DNA from: Polyangiales bacterium
Lineage (GTDB): Bacteria > Myxococcota_A > Polyangia > Polyangiales > Polyangiaceae
Assembly (NCBI GenBank): GCA_038231275.1
Contig: JBBRLQ010000024.1
Location: forward strand, 1-64,000
Reading direction: 5' to 3'
Length of the DNA stretch: 64,000 bases
Below the pieces are notes generated by a model. It ran no database searches and had not been told where the DNA came from. It was given only the letters and a program-made list of their open reading frames with translations. This document shows, piece after piece, positions 9,331-17,620 of this stretch (positions are counted from its first letter, which is position 1; each line of letters opens with the position of its first letter). The position numbers were made by a program, and so were the translations under genes.

Positions 9331-10899
9331 CTAGGGGTATCCGTTCCAGTCTTCTTCGAACGCCTGAACGGCGTCGGTGACGGCGGCGGTCGTGTAGCTG
9401 TTCGGATGCGGAACGAACGGACCGACGTCCCCGGCGTCGCCGATCGTGTAGGAGGCGGGCGGCACCGAGTAGTCCTTCGCGACCGACGCGTAGAACGCGT
9501 TCTGGCTGCCCGACGCGGAGAGGATGCCGACGCCCAGCGGAGAGCGGGTCCCAAGGACGATGCGGAGCGGTTTCAGCTGCGCGCCGTAGGGGCTGATGCC
9601 GACGACGTTCGCGCGATGAATGGCGCGGAAGACGAGCGAGTTGGCGCGCGTCGTCTTGTTCGTGAGGACCGTGCCGGTCGACGGGACGTAGCCCTCGAAG
9701 TAGCCCTCTTTGTCGACGTCGTGGAGCGATTTGGTGCCGTTCAACGCCGCGATCGCCTCGCTGCCGCGCGCGACGAACGGGTAGCTCGCGAGGAGCGTGA
9801 CCGGACCGCCGTTCTTGAGGTTCGCCGCGACGAGATCGTTCGCGAGGAAGAGCGAGAGCGCGACACCCGCGGTCGTCTCGGTGGCGAGCAGGTCGGCGGG
9901 GACCGACGCGCGCGGCGAGAGATCGTCGGCGCCCGACGCAGCGCTCGGAACGAGGAGTCGGTAGTAGAGGTGTGTCGTCGGATCGCGGCCGCGGAGGTAG
10001 AGGTGATCGAGCGACTGCTGCGCGGCCGAGACGTAGCGCGCGGCGTTCGTCGGATCGTCTGCCGTGTGACGGACGGCCATGTCGATCATCGCGAGCGCGC
10101 CGCTTGCCACGAGGTGTGGCGCGTAGTCCTTTCGCGCGGCGTCGTTCGCGAGGACGCCGTCGCCTTGCGGCAGCGTGCCTGCGTCGCCCGCGTCACCCCC
10201 GGCGTCTCCCGTGCCGCCGCCATCACCGGCGCCCGCGTCGAGCGACGACGCCGACAGCGTGATGAAATGCGCAAAAATTGCCGCCCCCACTCTGTCCGCG
10301 AGTGCGTCGAACGCCGTCGCGTCGTCGTTGCGGTTGAGCACGCGGAGACCGACCGCCGCGCCTCGCAAGCCCTGGTACATCTCGCCCGTGTACTCGTCGG
10401 GCAGCGTCGCGAGCTCCGCGCGAATGAGCGGCGCGAGGGTCACGAGATCGAGATCGAGGGTGTACGTAAGCTCGGTGTCGCCGTAGCGCGTCGCGCTCGC
10501 CGCGTACGTGCTGCACGCCATCGCGTAGGCGACGTCGTCGTGCACGTCGTGCGCGAACGCGCCGGTGCCGTCCTTGTCGGGCGCGAAGGTGGTCGCGTCC
10601 CAGCTCTGGAGGGCGCCGGTGGTCGAGACGAACGCCGCATCGTGCGCCGCCTTCAACACCATCTTCTGCGTGCACAAGAGGACAGGATCGTCGTTGTTGT
10701 CGAGCGTGCAGCTCTTCTTCGAGGCGTCGCTGAGCGGCGGGATGATGTTCGCCGAGTCGAAACGGTCGTGTGCGACGTCCACTTGGACATCCGAGCCTGC
10801 GTCGGTCGCGTCGGCGGGTCGATCCCCCGCGCACGCCGTGGCCATGACACCCGCCGAGCCCACGAACGCGCAGGCCGCGAAGATTAAGCGCTTCTTCAT
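9331..10899 (-). CDS. Hypothetical lipoprotein, possibly six-hairpin glycosidase-like (alpha/alpha)6 fold
   Basis: MKKRLIF...ATAC signal/lipobox; helical repeats with loops such as RDPTTHLYY and HDVDKEGYFEGY, then KTTRAN. Fold assignment is inference. Confidence 0.7.
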   Translation of the reverse strand: MKKRLIFAACAFVGSAGVMATACAGDRPADATDAGSDVQVDVAHDRFDSANIIPPLSDASKKSCTLDNNDDPVLLCTQKMVLKAAHDAAFVSTTGALQSWDATTFAPDKDGTGAFAHDVHDDVAYAMACSTYAASATRYGDTELTYTLDLDLVTLAPLIRAELATLPDEYTGEMYQGLRGAAVGLRVLNRNDDATAFDALADRVGAAIFAHFITLSASSLDAGAGDGGGTGDAGGDAGDAGTLPQGDGVLANDAARKDYAPHLVASGALAMIDMAVRHTADDPTNAARYVSAAQQSLDHLYLRGRDPTTHLYYRLLVPSAASGADDLSPRASVPADLLATETTAGVALSLFLANDLVAANLKNGGPVTLLASYPFVARGSEAIAALNGTKSLHDVDKEGYFEGYVPSTGTVLTNKTTRANSLVFRAIHRANVVGISPYGAQLKPLRIVLGTRSPLGVGILSASGSQNAFYASVAKDYSVPPASYTIGDAGDVGPFVPHPNSYTTAAVTDAVQAFEEDWNGYP

Positions 10900-10959
10900 T
10901 ATACGGCTTCTATAGCGCCTTTTTCAGCGCGCGCACCCGGACTCGGGCGGCCTCTTGCT

Positions 10960-12000
10960 CTAGCGCTTTCGGGTGTTGCCGTTCAGGCTCGAGCTGGTCC
11001 CCGCGAACGTGGCGACGGTGACCTCGGTCTTGTCGTCCATCGGCGCCTCGCGCGAGCGGAGCGACGACGGAGGGCTGCGACGAGCCGCGTTGCCCATCAC
11101 GCGGCAGACGCGGCGCCAGGCGTCGACGGCCTCGACCGCGCTCGAGAAGCGCTTCTCGCGCTCGCGCGCCATGATCTTGGAGAGGAAGCGCTCGATCGAC
11201 GCGGGCCACTCGTCGCCGGTGGTGGACGCGAGGCTCGGCGGATCGCGATCGAGCTTGAGCGCGATGAGCGTGAGCGCGTTGGTGCCTTCGAACGGGAGCC
11301 GCCCGGTCAGCGCGCGAAAGCCGACCGCGCCAAGCGCGTAGAGGTCGGCGCGCTCGTCGACGCGGGCCGAGCCGCGCACTTGCTCGGGCGCCATGTACGC
11401 GAAGCTCCCGAGCGTAGCGTCGAACGCCGTGAGCGACGGCTCGCTCTTGCGCCCGCCCTTGGGCCGAAGCTTGGAGACGCCGAAGTCGAGGATGCGCGTC
11501 CGCTCCTCCGCCTCCCCTTCTCGTAACTCGCGCGCGGAGAGCTTGCGCTTCTCGATGAAGAGGTTCGCCGGCTTGATGTCACGATGGATGACGCCAGCGC
11601 GGTGCGCGGCCTCGAGGCCCTGCAGCGCGTCCTCGACGATCGGCGCGACCTCGCCGAACGACAGGTACGCCTCGCGGCGCAGGCGCTCGTCGAGCCCTTC
11701 GCCGTTGAGCCGCTCGAACGCGATCCAGAGGCGACCGTTCCTGTCCTTGCCAGCGCCGAGGATGCCCGCGACGTACGGCGACTTCACGGTCGCGGCGATC
11801 GACGCCTCGCGCTGGAAGCGGGCGACGAGATCGGGATCCTGCGCGGCCTTCTCGTGGAGGACCTTGAGCGCGACGTGCTCGCCGGATTTGCCTTCCGCCG
11901 CGTACACCTCACCCATGCCACCCTGGCCGATGAGACGCCGTACTTTGTACAGCCCGCCCACGACCGTGCCGAGCGATAGGCTGCCCGCGTCTCCACCCAT
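10960..12000 (-). CDS. Cytoplasmic Ser/Thr protein kinase
   Basis: IGQGGMGEVY, VALK, HRDIKPAN, DFG, YMAPEQ; likely start is ATG 12000 (MGGDAG). Confidence 0.93.
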   Translation of the reverse strand: MGGDAGSLSLGTVVGGLYKVRRLIGQGGMGEVYAAEGKSGEHVALKVLHEKAAQDPDLVARFQREASIAATVKSPYVAGILGAGKDRNGRLWIAFERLNGEGLDERLRREAYLSFGEVAPIVEDALQGLEAAHRAGVIHRDIKPANLFIEKRKLSARELREGEAEERTRILDFGVSKLRPKGGRKSEPSLTAFDATLGSFAYMAPEQVRGSARVDERADLYALGAVGFRALTGRLPFEGTNALTLIALKLDRDPPSLASTTGDEWPASIERFLSKIMAREREKRFSSAVEAVDAWRRVCRVMGNAARRSPPSSLRSREAPMDDKTEVTVATFAGTSSSLNGNTRKR

Positions 12001-12292
12001 TCCTACGCAAACTCTAGCACGGGTGCCTCCCCTCCTGGGCCTGGTTTTTCCTCGCCGCCGGCACGTCTTTTGACGCGAAATTTCGGCACGTTGTCGTCCG
12101 ACCTCGTCCTCGGGAACACGCGTGACACAGGGCCGTTGAGTAGATGAATGGTGGCGTTGGAGCAGGAGGAGTTTGCCCGCTCGGGGGCAAAGGACGGATG
12201 CGACCCTACTTGAGGCGTGGAGCAACCGGCGAGGTTGCTCTACCCTCGGGGTTCTTCAGGGCGGGCGTTCGGGGCAATCGGAAGGCAAGAAC

Positions 12293-12712
12293 ATGCGAAG
12301 CGAGAAAGACGTCGAAGCGTACCTGGGACGCTTGAACCGGCAGTTCGAGTCGGTGGAGGACGGCACGTTCCTCATCCACTCAGGGAAAAAATTCCCGCCG
12401 ATCGCGCTGCGTGTGGACACGCCGCTGGTGCTCCTGCGCGTGCACATCGGGGACGTCGCGGCCGACACGTCGACCGACCTCTATCGGAAGCTCCTCAGCT
12501 TGAACGCGAAGTCGCTCGTGCATTCGAGCTTTGGCCTCGAGGACGATCGCATCGTCCTGTCGAGCGCGCTCGAGCTCGAGAACCTCGACTTCAACGAGCT
12601 GCAGTCGGCGCTCGACGAGATCGACATGGCCCTCGCCCAGCACGTACCCGTCCTCGCCGAGCTCACGAAGTCTCCGGCCTCGCGCCCCCCGTCCGCCAAA
12701 GGAAATGCCTGA
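12293..12712 (+). CDS. CesT/YbjN-like (type III secretion chaperone fold) protein
   Basis: About 139 aa; LYRKLLSLNA...HSSFGLEDDRIVL...LELENLDFNEL pattern; directly upstream of pspA. Confidence 0.8.
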   Translation: MRSEKDVEAYLGRLNRQFESVEDGTFLIHSGKKFPPIALRVDTPLVLLRVHIGDVAADTSTDLYRKLLSLNAKSLVHSSFGLEDDRIVLSSALELENLDFNELQSALDEIDMALAQHVPVLAELTKSPASRPPSAKGNA

Positions 12713-12715
12713 GCC

Positions 12716-13576
12716 ATGGGTATCTTCAGCCGTCTCGCGCAGCTCATCAAATCGAACCTGAACGATCTCATCAGCAAGTCGGAAGACCCCGAGAAGATGC
12801 TGAACCAGGTCGTCCTGGACATGAACAACCAGCTCGTGGAGGCGAAGAAGCAGGTCGCCGCCTCGATCGCCGACGAGAAGCGACTCGCCAAGCAGTTCGA
12901 GCAGGAGAACGGGAACGCCACCGAGTGGGAGCGCCGCGCGATGATGGCGCTGCGCGCGGGCAACGAGGAGCTCGCGAAGGAAGCGCTCGCCCGCAAGCGT
13001 GAGCACGACGCGCTCGCGGTGACGTTCAAGGACCAGTGGACGAAGCAGAAGAACGCGGTGGAGCAGCTGAAGAAGGCGCTCCGCATGCTGAACGACAAGA
13101 TCGAGGAGGCGAAGCGCAAGAAGAACGTCCTCATCGCGCGGAAGAAGCGCGCGGAGGCGCAGAAGGCCATCCAGGAGACGATGACCGGTCTCAAGGACGC
13201 GAGCGCCTTCGAGACGTTCGAGCGCATGAGCGGCAAGATCGATCAGATGGAGGCCGAGGCCGAGGCCGCGAGCGAGCTACAAGAGGAGTACACGGGCGAT
13301 ACGCTCGCCTCGCAGTTCGCGCATCTGGAGAGGAGCGCGGGGGCCGACGACGATCTCGAGGCGCTCAAGCGCAAGATGGGGATGGCGCCGGCCGAAGCGC
13401 CGCGCAGCGCCGTTTCGCCGCAGGAGACGGTGCAGGCCCGCGTCGAGGCCCCGAAGGAGGCGCCGGCGCAGCAGACCACGGGCCCGTCGCGCAGCGAACA
13501 AGAGGAGCTGGCCGCGGCGCTCGAAGAGCTCGAGGCCGAGCAGAACCAGCCGGCGCAACGGAAGGCCGGACGCTAG
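12716..13576 (+). CDS. pspA: PspA/IM30 (Vipp1, ESCRT-III-like) family protein
   Basis: MGIFSRL...KSNLNDLISKSEDPEKMLNQ, long coiled coil, FERMSGKIDQMEAEAEA; extra C-terminal linker and helix. Confidence 0.95.
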   Translation: MGIFSRLAQLIKSNLNDLISKSEDPEKMLNQVVLDMNNQLVEAKKQVAASIADEKRLAKQFEQENGNATEWERRAMMALRAGNEELAKEALARKREHDALAVTFKDQWTKQKNAVEQLKKALRMLNDKIEEAKRKKNVLIARKKRAEAQKAIQETMTGLKDASAFETFERMSGKIDQMEAEAEAASELQEEYTGDTLASQFAHLERSAGADDDLEALKRKMGMAPAEAPRSAVSPQETVQARVEAPKEAPAQQTTGPSRSEQEELAAALEELEAEQNQPAQRKAGR

Positions 13577-13588
13577 GCGGCGCGGGCG

Positions 13589-14146
13589 ATGATCGCGCGC
13601 GGTGTCGTGCTGGCGGTCGCCATCGCGATCGGTTGCTCGCGCGCGACGCCGGCGCAGGCGATCGATCTGGAAGGACGCGCCACCGATCCCCTCGCGGGCG
13701 GCGGCGCGGCGACGGTTCTCGTGTTCGTCACGACGACGTGCCCGGTGTCGAACCGTTACGCCCCCGAGGTGCAGCGGCTCGCGACGCGCTTCGGGGCGCG
13801 CGGCGTCACGTTCCATCTCGTTTACCCGTCGGCCGACGACACGCCGGCGCGGATCGTCGAGCACACGCGGACGCACGGCTACTCGCTCCCCGCGCTTCGC
13901 GATCCGGGGCACGTCTTGGTCGATCGCGCGTCGGCGAGGGCGACGCCGGAGGCCGCGGTGTTCGTGCCCGGCGGGAGGCTCGTCTACCACGGGCGGATCG
14001 ACGATAGGCAGGTCGACCTCGCGACGGCGCGGCAGGAGGCGACCCGCCACGAGCTCGAGCAAGCGCTGGAGGACGTGCTCGCGGGGCGTGCGGTCAGCGC
14101 GGCGGCGGCGCCGGCGGTGGGTTGCTCGATCCCGCCGGCGCGTTGA
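13589..14146 (+). CDS. Redoxin/thioredoxin-fold lipoprotein (AhpC/TSA-like)
   Basis: IGC lipobox; TTCPVS, TPEAAVF, YHGRIDD, C-terminal GCSI. Confidence 0.88.
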   Translation: MIARGVVLAVAIAIGCSRATPAQAIDLEGRATDPLAGGGAATVLVFVTTTCPVSNRYAPEVQRLATRFGARGVTFHLVYPSADDTPARIVEHTRTHGYSLPALRDPGHVLVDRASARATPEAAVFVPGGRLVYHGRIDDRQVDLATARQEATRHELEQALEDVLAGRAVSAAAAPAVGCSIPPAR

Positions 14147-15926
14147 GCGCCGCGAGATCGGCGCGCGCGCGGGCGTCGTTGGGATCGAGCACGAGCGCCC
14201 GCTGAAAATGCTGGATGGCCTCGTCGCGCGCGCCGGCCGCCGCGAGGGCCGCCGCGAGGCTCGACTCCGCGAGCGCGCTGGTCGGCGCGATCGCGATCGC
14301 GGCGCGAAACTCGGTGATCGCGGCGGCGCTCTGGCCCTTCTTCTCGAGCGCGTGACCCAAGTTGATCCGCGCCGCGACGTCGTCCTTCTTAACGGCCAGC
14401 GCCGCGCGGTACTCGGCGATCGCGCCGTCGAGATCGTTCTTCTTCAAGAGGAGGTTGCCGAGGTTGAAGTGCGCGGGGCCGAGCTGCGGGCTCTCTTTCA
14501 GCGCGGCGCGGTAGTGCTCGATCGCTTCGTCGGTCCTGCCCAGGTCGGCGAGCGCGTTGGCGAGGTTGTAGTGACTCCTCGCAGTCCGCGCGCCAAGGAC
14601 CTCGCGACGGTATTTCTGCTCGCGGAGGCGATGGATCCCGTCCGGCGCGACGGGGACGACCTGGTAGGTGACGTTGCCCATTTCGTCCGTCGATTTCTCG
14701 CCGAGGGTCACGCGCTTCGGCGGACGGCTCGGGTTGCGGGGATTTTCGGCGGAGTTGTCGTAGTGGATGTCGACCGCGAGGGTCGTGCCGGCGGGGAGCT
14801 GCACCGGCGTCGCGAACGTGTACTCGTCCTGCCACGCGAAATCCCAGTCGTCGATCCTGAGGAGGCGGCGCGTCGTCCCGTCCGGCAACGTCGCGTTGGT
14901 CTCGAGGCGCCGGGCGAGGAAATGCGCGTGCGGGAAGAGGCTCACCACGAAGACGTCCGTGGGCAGCGTCAGCTCCTCGTGCACCGCGTGGTCGCGCGCC
15001 CCGGCAGGGATGTCGATCGGCGGATCGCCGACACGCAGCGTGAAGCGCGGGATCGTCGGCGGGCGCGGCGAGAAGTAGAGCGCGATCTTCGGGCGCACGC
15101 GCTCGGGCTTCCCGGTCGGCTGCATGTGGAGCTGCAGCACGAGATCGGTGTGCTCGTCGATGCGCCAGCCCATCGCGGGATCGGGCGGCGTCGGAACCTT
15201 CCCCGGCGTCCACACCAGATAGAAGCCGTCGGCCGACTGCACGTCACCAACATCCATGCCGCCGAAGCCGGGCGCGGGATCCGCCACGTCGCGTGCGCGC
15301 GCGAGGCCCGCGCGATCGACGTTGAGGATCGCGTGATGGATGGCGCGCGAGCCAGCTCGAAACTCCCAGGCCGCGACGAAGTGCGCGCGCGTCACCACGT
15401 TCGGCACGACGAAGTTCCGGTACACGTCGGTCCCCTCGGCGGCGAGCACGTACTCGTCGGGGAGATCCACCACGACGTCGGGCTTGCCGAGCTGCCACCC
15501 GTCGGGAAACTCGGGGCGCTTCGGCTCCTTCGCGGGATCGCCGCGCGGCGCGCCGGCGCGGACCCACCGCGCGACGAGATCGATCTCCGCGTCCGCGAGG
15601 CCGCGCTCGTTGGCGTACTCGGCGACGCCGCGTGCCGCGCGCCATGGGGGCATGAACCGACGGCCCGTCACGTCCGCGATGTCGGTCGCCTTCGCGGAGA
15701 CCTCGTCGTACGTCGTGAGAGGAAACGGCCCGGCGCCCCCCTCGTGATGGCACGGCGCGCACTTGGCGAACACGAGCGGCGCCACGTTCTCGCCGAACGT
15801 GATCGGAAGCTCGCGCGCGTTTGCCGGCGGGCCCGACGCCCTCACGCGCAGCCGCCACCCCCCGACGCCACCGGCGACGACGAGCGCACCCGCGACGAAG
15901 AAGAGCTGAGCGCGCGTGAGACGCAT
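14094..15926 (-). CDS. Membrane-anchored protein with heme c motif, copper type II monooxygenase-like domain and TPRs
   Basis: N-terminal TM; CAPCH; MPPW; IHHA, LQLH, PHAH, WDFAWQ, DEMG (PHM/DBH-like Cu ligands); about five TPRs. Likely start MRLTRAQ. Confidence 0.85.
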   Translation of the reverse strand: MRLTRAQLFFVAGALVVAGGVGGWRLRVRASGPPANARELPITFGENVAPLVFAKCAPCHHEGGAGPFPLTTYDEVSAKATDIADVTGRRFMPPWRAARGVAEYANERGLADAEIDLVARWVRAGAPRGDPAKEPKRPEFPDGWQLGKPDVVVDLPDEYVLAAEGTDVYRNFVVPNVVTRAHFVAAWEFRAGSRAIHHAILNVDRAGLARARDVADPAPGFGGMDVGDVQSADGFYLVWTPGKVPTPPDPAMGWRIDEHTDLVLQLHMQPTGKPERVRPKIALYFSPRPPTIPRFTLRVGDPPIDIPAGARDHAVHEELTLPTDVFVVSLFPHAHFLARRLETNATLPDGTTRRLLRIDDWDFAWQDEYTFATPVQLPAGTTLAVDIHYDNSAENPRNPSRPPKRVTLGEKSTDEMGNVTYQVVPVAPDGIHRLREQKYRREVLGARTARSHYNLANALADLGRTDEAIEHYRAALKESPQLGPAHFNLGNLLLKKNDLDGAIAEYRAALAVKKDDVAARINLGHALEKKGQSAAAITEFRAAIAIAPTSALAESSLAAALAAAGARDEAIQHFQRALVLDPNDARARADLAALNAPAGSSNPPPAPPPR

Positions 15927-16033
15927 CGCGTGCACGGCAGCGTACCAGAGCGACCGGTAGTATCGCGGCATAGGAGATTGACTGAGGGTACGGAGCGCGG
16001 ATCCGGCTCGATTTCCGATGTATCGTGGCACGA

Positions 16034-17614
16034 ATGCGATCGGCAGCTCGGCTCGTGCTCGTGTGCGTCCTCGTCCTCGTCGCGTGCTCCTGCGGAAAGA
16101 AGAAGGACACGAAGTCGAGCGCCACCGTCGACGCGTCGCGGCCGGGGCCGGACCAAGCCGAGCGGCAGCGCTCGGTCGCGGCGATCGCACCTGCCTATGG
16201 CGCGGAGCCGCTCGCAGGGCCTGACGGCGTCGACGCGTACGGCCTTCCCCTCAAGTACGTGAACCGCGCCGCGGTGCGCGCGATGCTCTTCGCCAAGATG
16301 TTCGCAGAGCTAACGGCCTTCTTCAACAAGGTGCAGGACGACTTCGAAGCGGACCAGGCGCGCGAGAGTTGGGTCATCGACGTCGGTGATGCCTTCGACT
16401 CCGCAGAGCCGGAGCTAAACCCTTCGTTGCACGCGTGGGTCGCCGCGTCGCCCGACTCGTTCGCGCCGTATTATGCGCGCGGGGTCTACGAGAAAGCCGT
16501 CGGCTTCGCGAAGCGAGGGGGCCGGTGGGCCAAGGACACGAAACCCGAGGACTTCGCGGCGATGAACGAATCGCTCAAGCTGTCGGAAGCCGACCTCGAC
16601 AAGGCCCTGACGCTTCGCCCGAAGCTCGTCGCGGCGATGCGCAAGAAGCTGTCGAGCGGCCGTTCGACTCCGACGCTCCTAGCCCGCGCGCTCAAGGAGT
16701 GCCCTGGGTGCTTCAGGATGCGCGTGGCTCATATGCTGAACTTGGCGCCGCGCTGGGGAGGAACTTACGAGGCGATGGCGGCGTTCGCCAAAGCGTCGAT
16801 TCAAGAATCGCCGGCACCGGCGATGAAGCTCTTGGCCGGTTTCGTCGACTACGACCGCGCAACGCTCCTCGGCGCGAAGCCAGATGAGGCGCTCGTCCCG
16901 ATCGATCGGGCGTGTGCCCTTGGCGAATACTGGCTCTTTCTCCAAGAGCGGGCTGACATCCAGCGGACGCGCAAGGACTTCGCGAGGGCGCGGGCGGACA
17001 TCGATCGCGCTGCCGCGCTGCGGCCTATGGACCCCGGCATTTTGACCTCCCGGGCCTACGTGAGCACCTACGAGAAGAAGTACGAGCCCGCGGCGATTGA
17101 CGCGCGCGACGTGCTCCGGATGGAGCCGACGAACGGCGGAGTTCGCGGGATGGTGAACAATCTGATCGACGGACTCGCGTACGAGGCATGGCAGCACCAG
17201 ACCGCGGGGCGGACCAAGGACGCTCTCCGGGTCTACGAGCTGGGCCTCGAGCTCGCGCCTGGCGATGCGCGGCTGCGTCCTCGCTACAACGCCCTCCTCG
17301 TCGGCGATGCGGGATCCGCGGAAGGCATCGCGGCGCTCGAAGACGAGGTGCGACGTTCTCCCGACGACTTCGCTTTGCTTCAGCGACTCGACTACGCGCT
17401 CGCGACGCAACGCAACTTCGATCGTGTCATCGAGCTCTGGACCGCGTACATCGCGCGGCACCCCGACGACGGACGCGCGTACCTCGAGCGGGGCGGCGCG
17501 TACACGCAGCTGCGGAAGATGAAAGAGGCGTACGCGGACGCGAAGGATGCCTGCGCTCACGGCTCGAGCCAGGGATGCGATCGCGCGAAGCGAATCGCGC
17601 CGATGGCGCAATGA
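16034..17614 (+). CDS. DUF4034-like TPR lipoprotein
   Basis: Signal peptide with LVACSC; AWVAASPDS, KRGGRWAKD and LAPRWGG motifs; TPRs. GTG 16025 is an alternative start. Confidence 0.8.
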   Translation: MRSAARLVLVCVLVLVACSCGKKKDTKSSATVDASRPGPDQAERQRSVAAIAPAYGAEPLAGPDGVDAYGLPLKYVNRAAVRAMLFAKMFAELTAFFNKVQDDFEADQARESWVIDVGDAFDSAEPELNPSLHAWVAASPDSFAPYYARGVYEKAVGFAKRGGRWAKDTKPEDFAAMNESLKLSEADLDKALTLRPKLVAAMRKKLSSGRSTPTLLARALKECPGCFRMRVAHMLNLAPRWGGTYEAMAAFAKASIQESPAPAMKLLAGFVDYDRATLLGAKPDEALVPIDRACALGEYWLFLQERADIQRTRKDFARARADIDRAAALRPMDPGILTSRAYVSTYEKKYEPAAIDARDVLRMEPTNGGVRGMVNNLIDGLAYEAWQHQTAGRTKDALRVYELGLELAPGDARLRPRYNALLVGDAGSAEGIAALEDEVRRSPDDFALLQRLDYALATQRNFDRVIELWTAYIARHPDDGRAYLERGGAYTQLRKMKEAYADAKDACAHGSSQGCDRAKRIAPMAQ

Positions 17615-17620
17615 CGGCAG

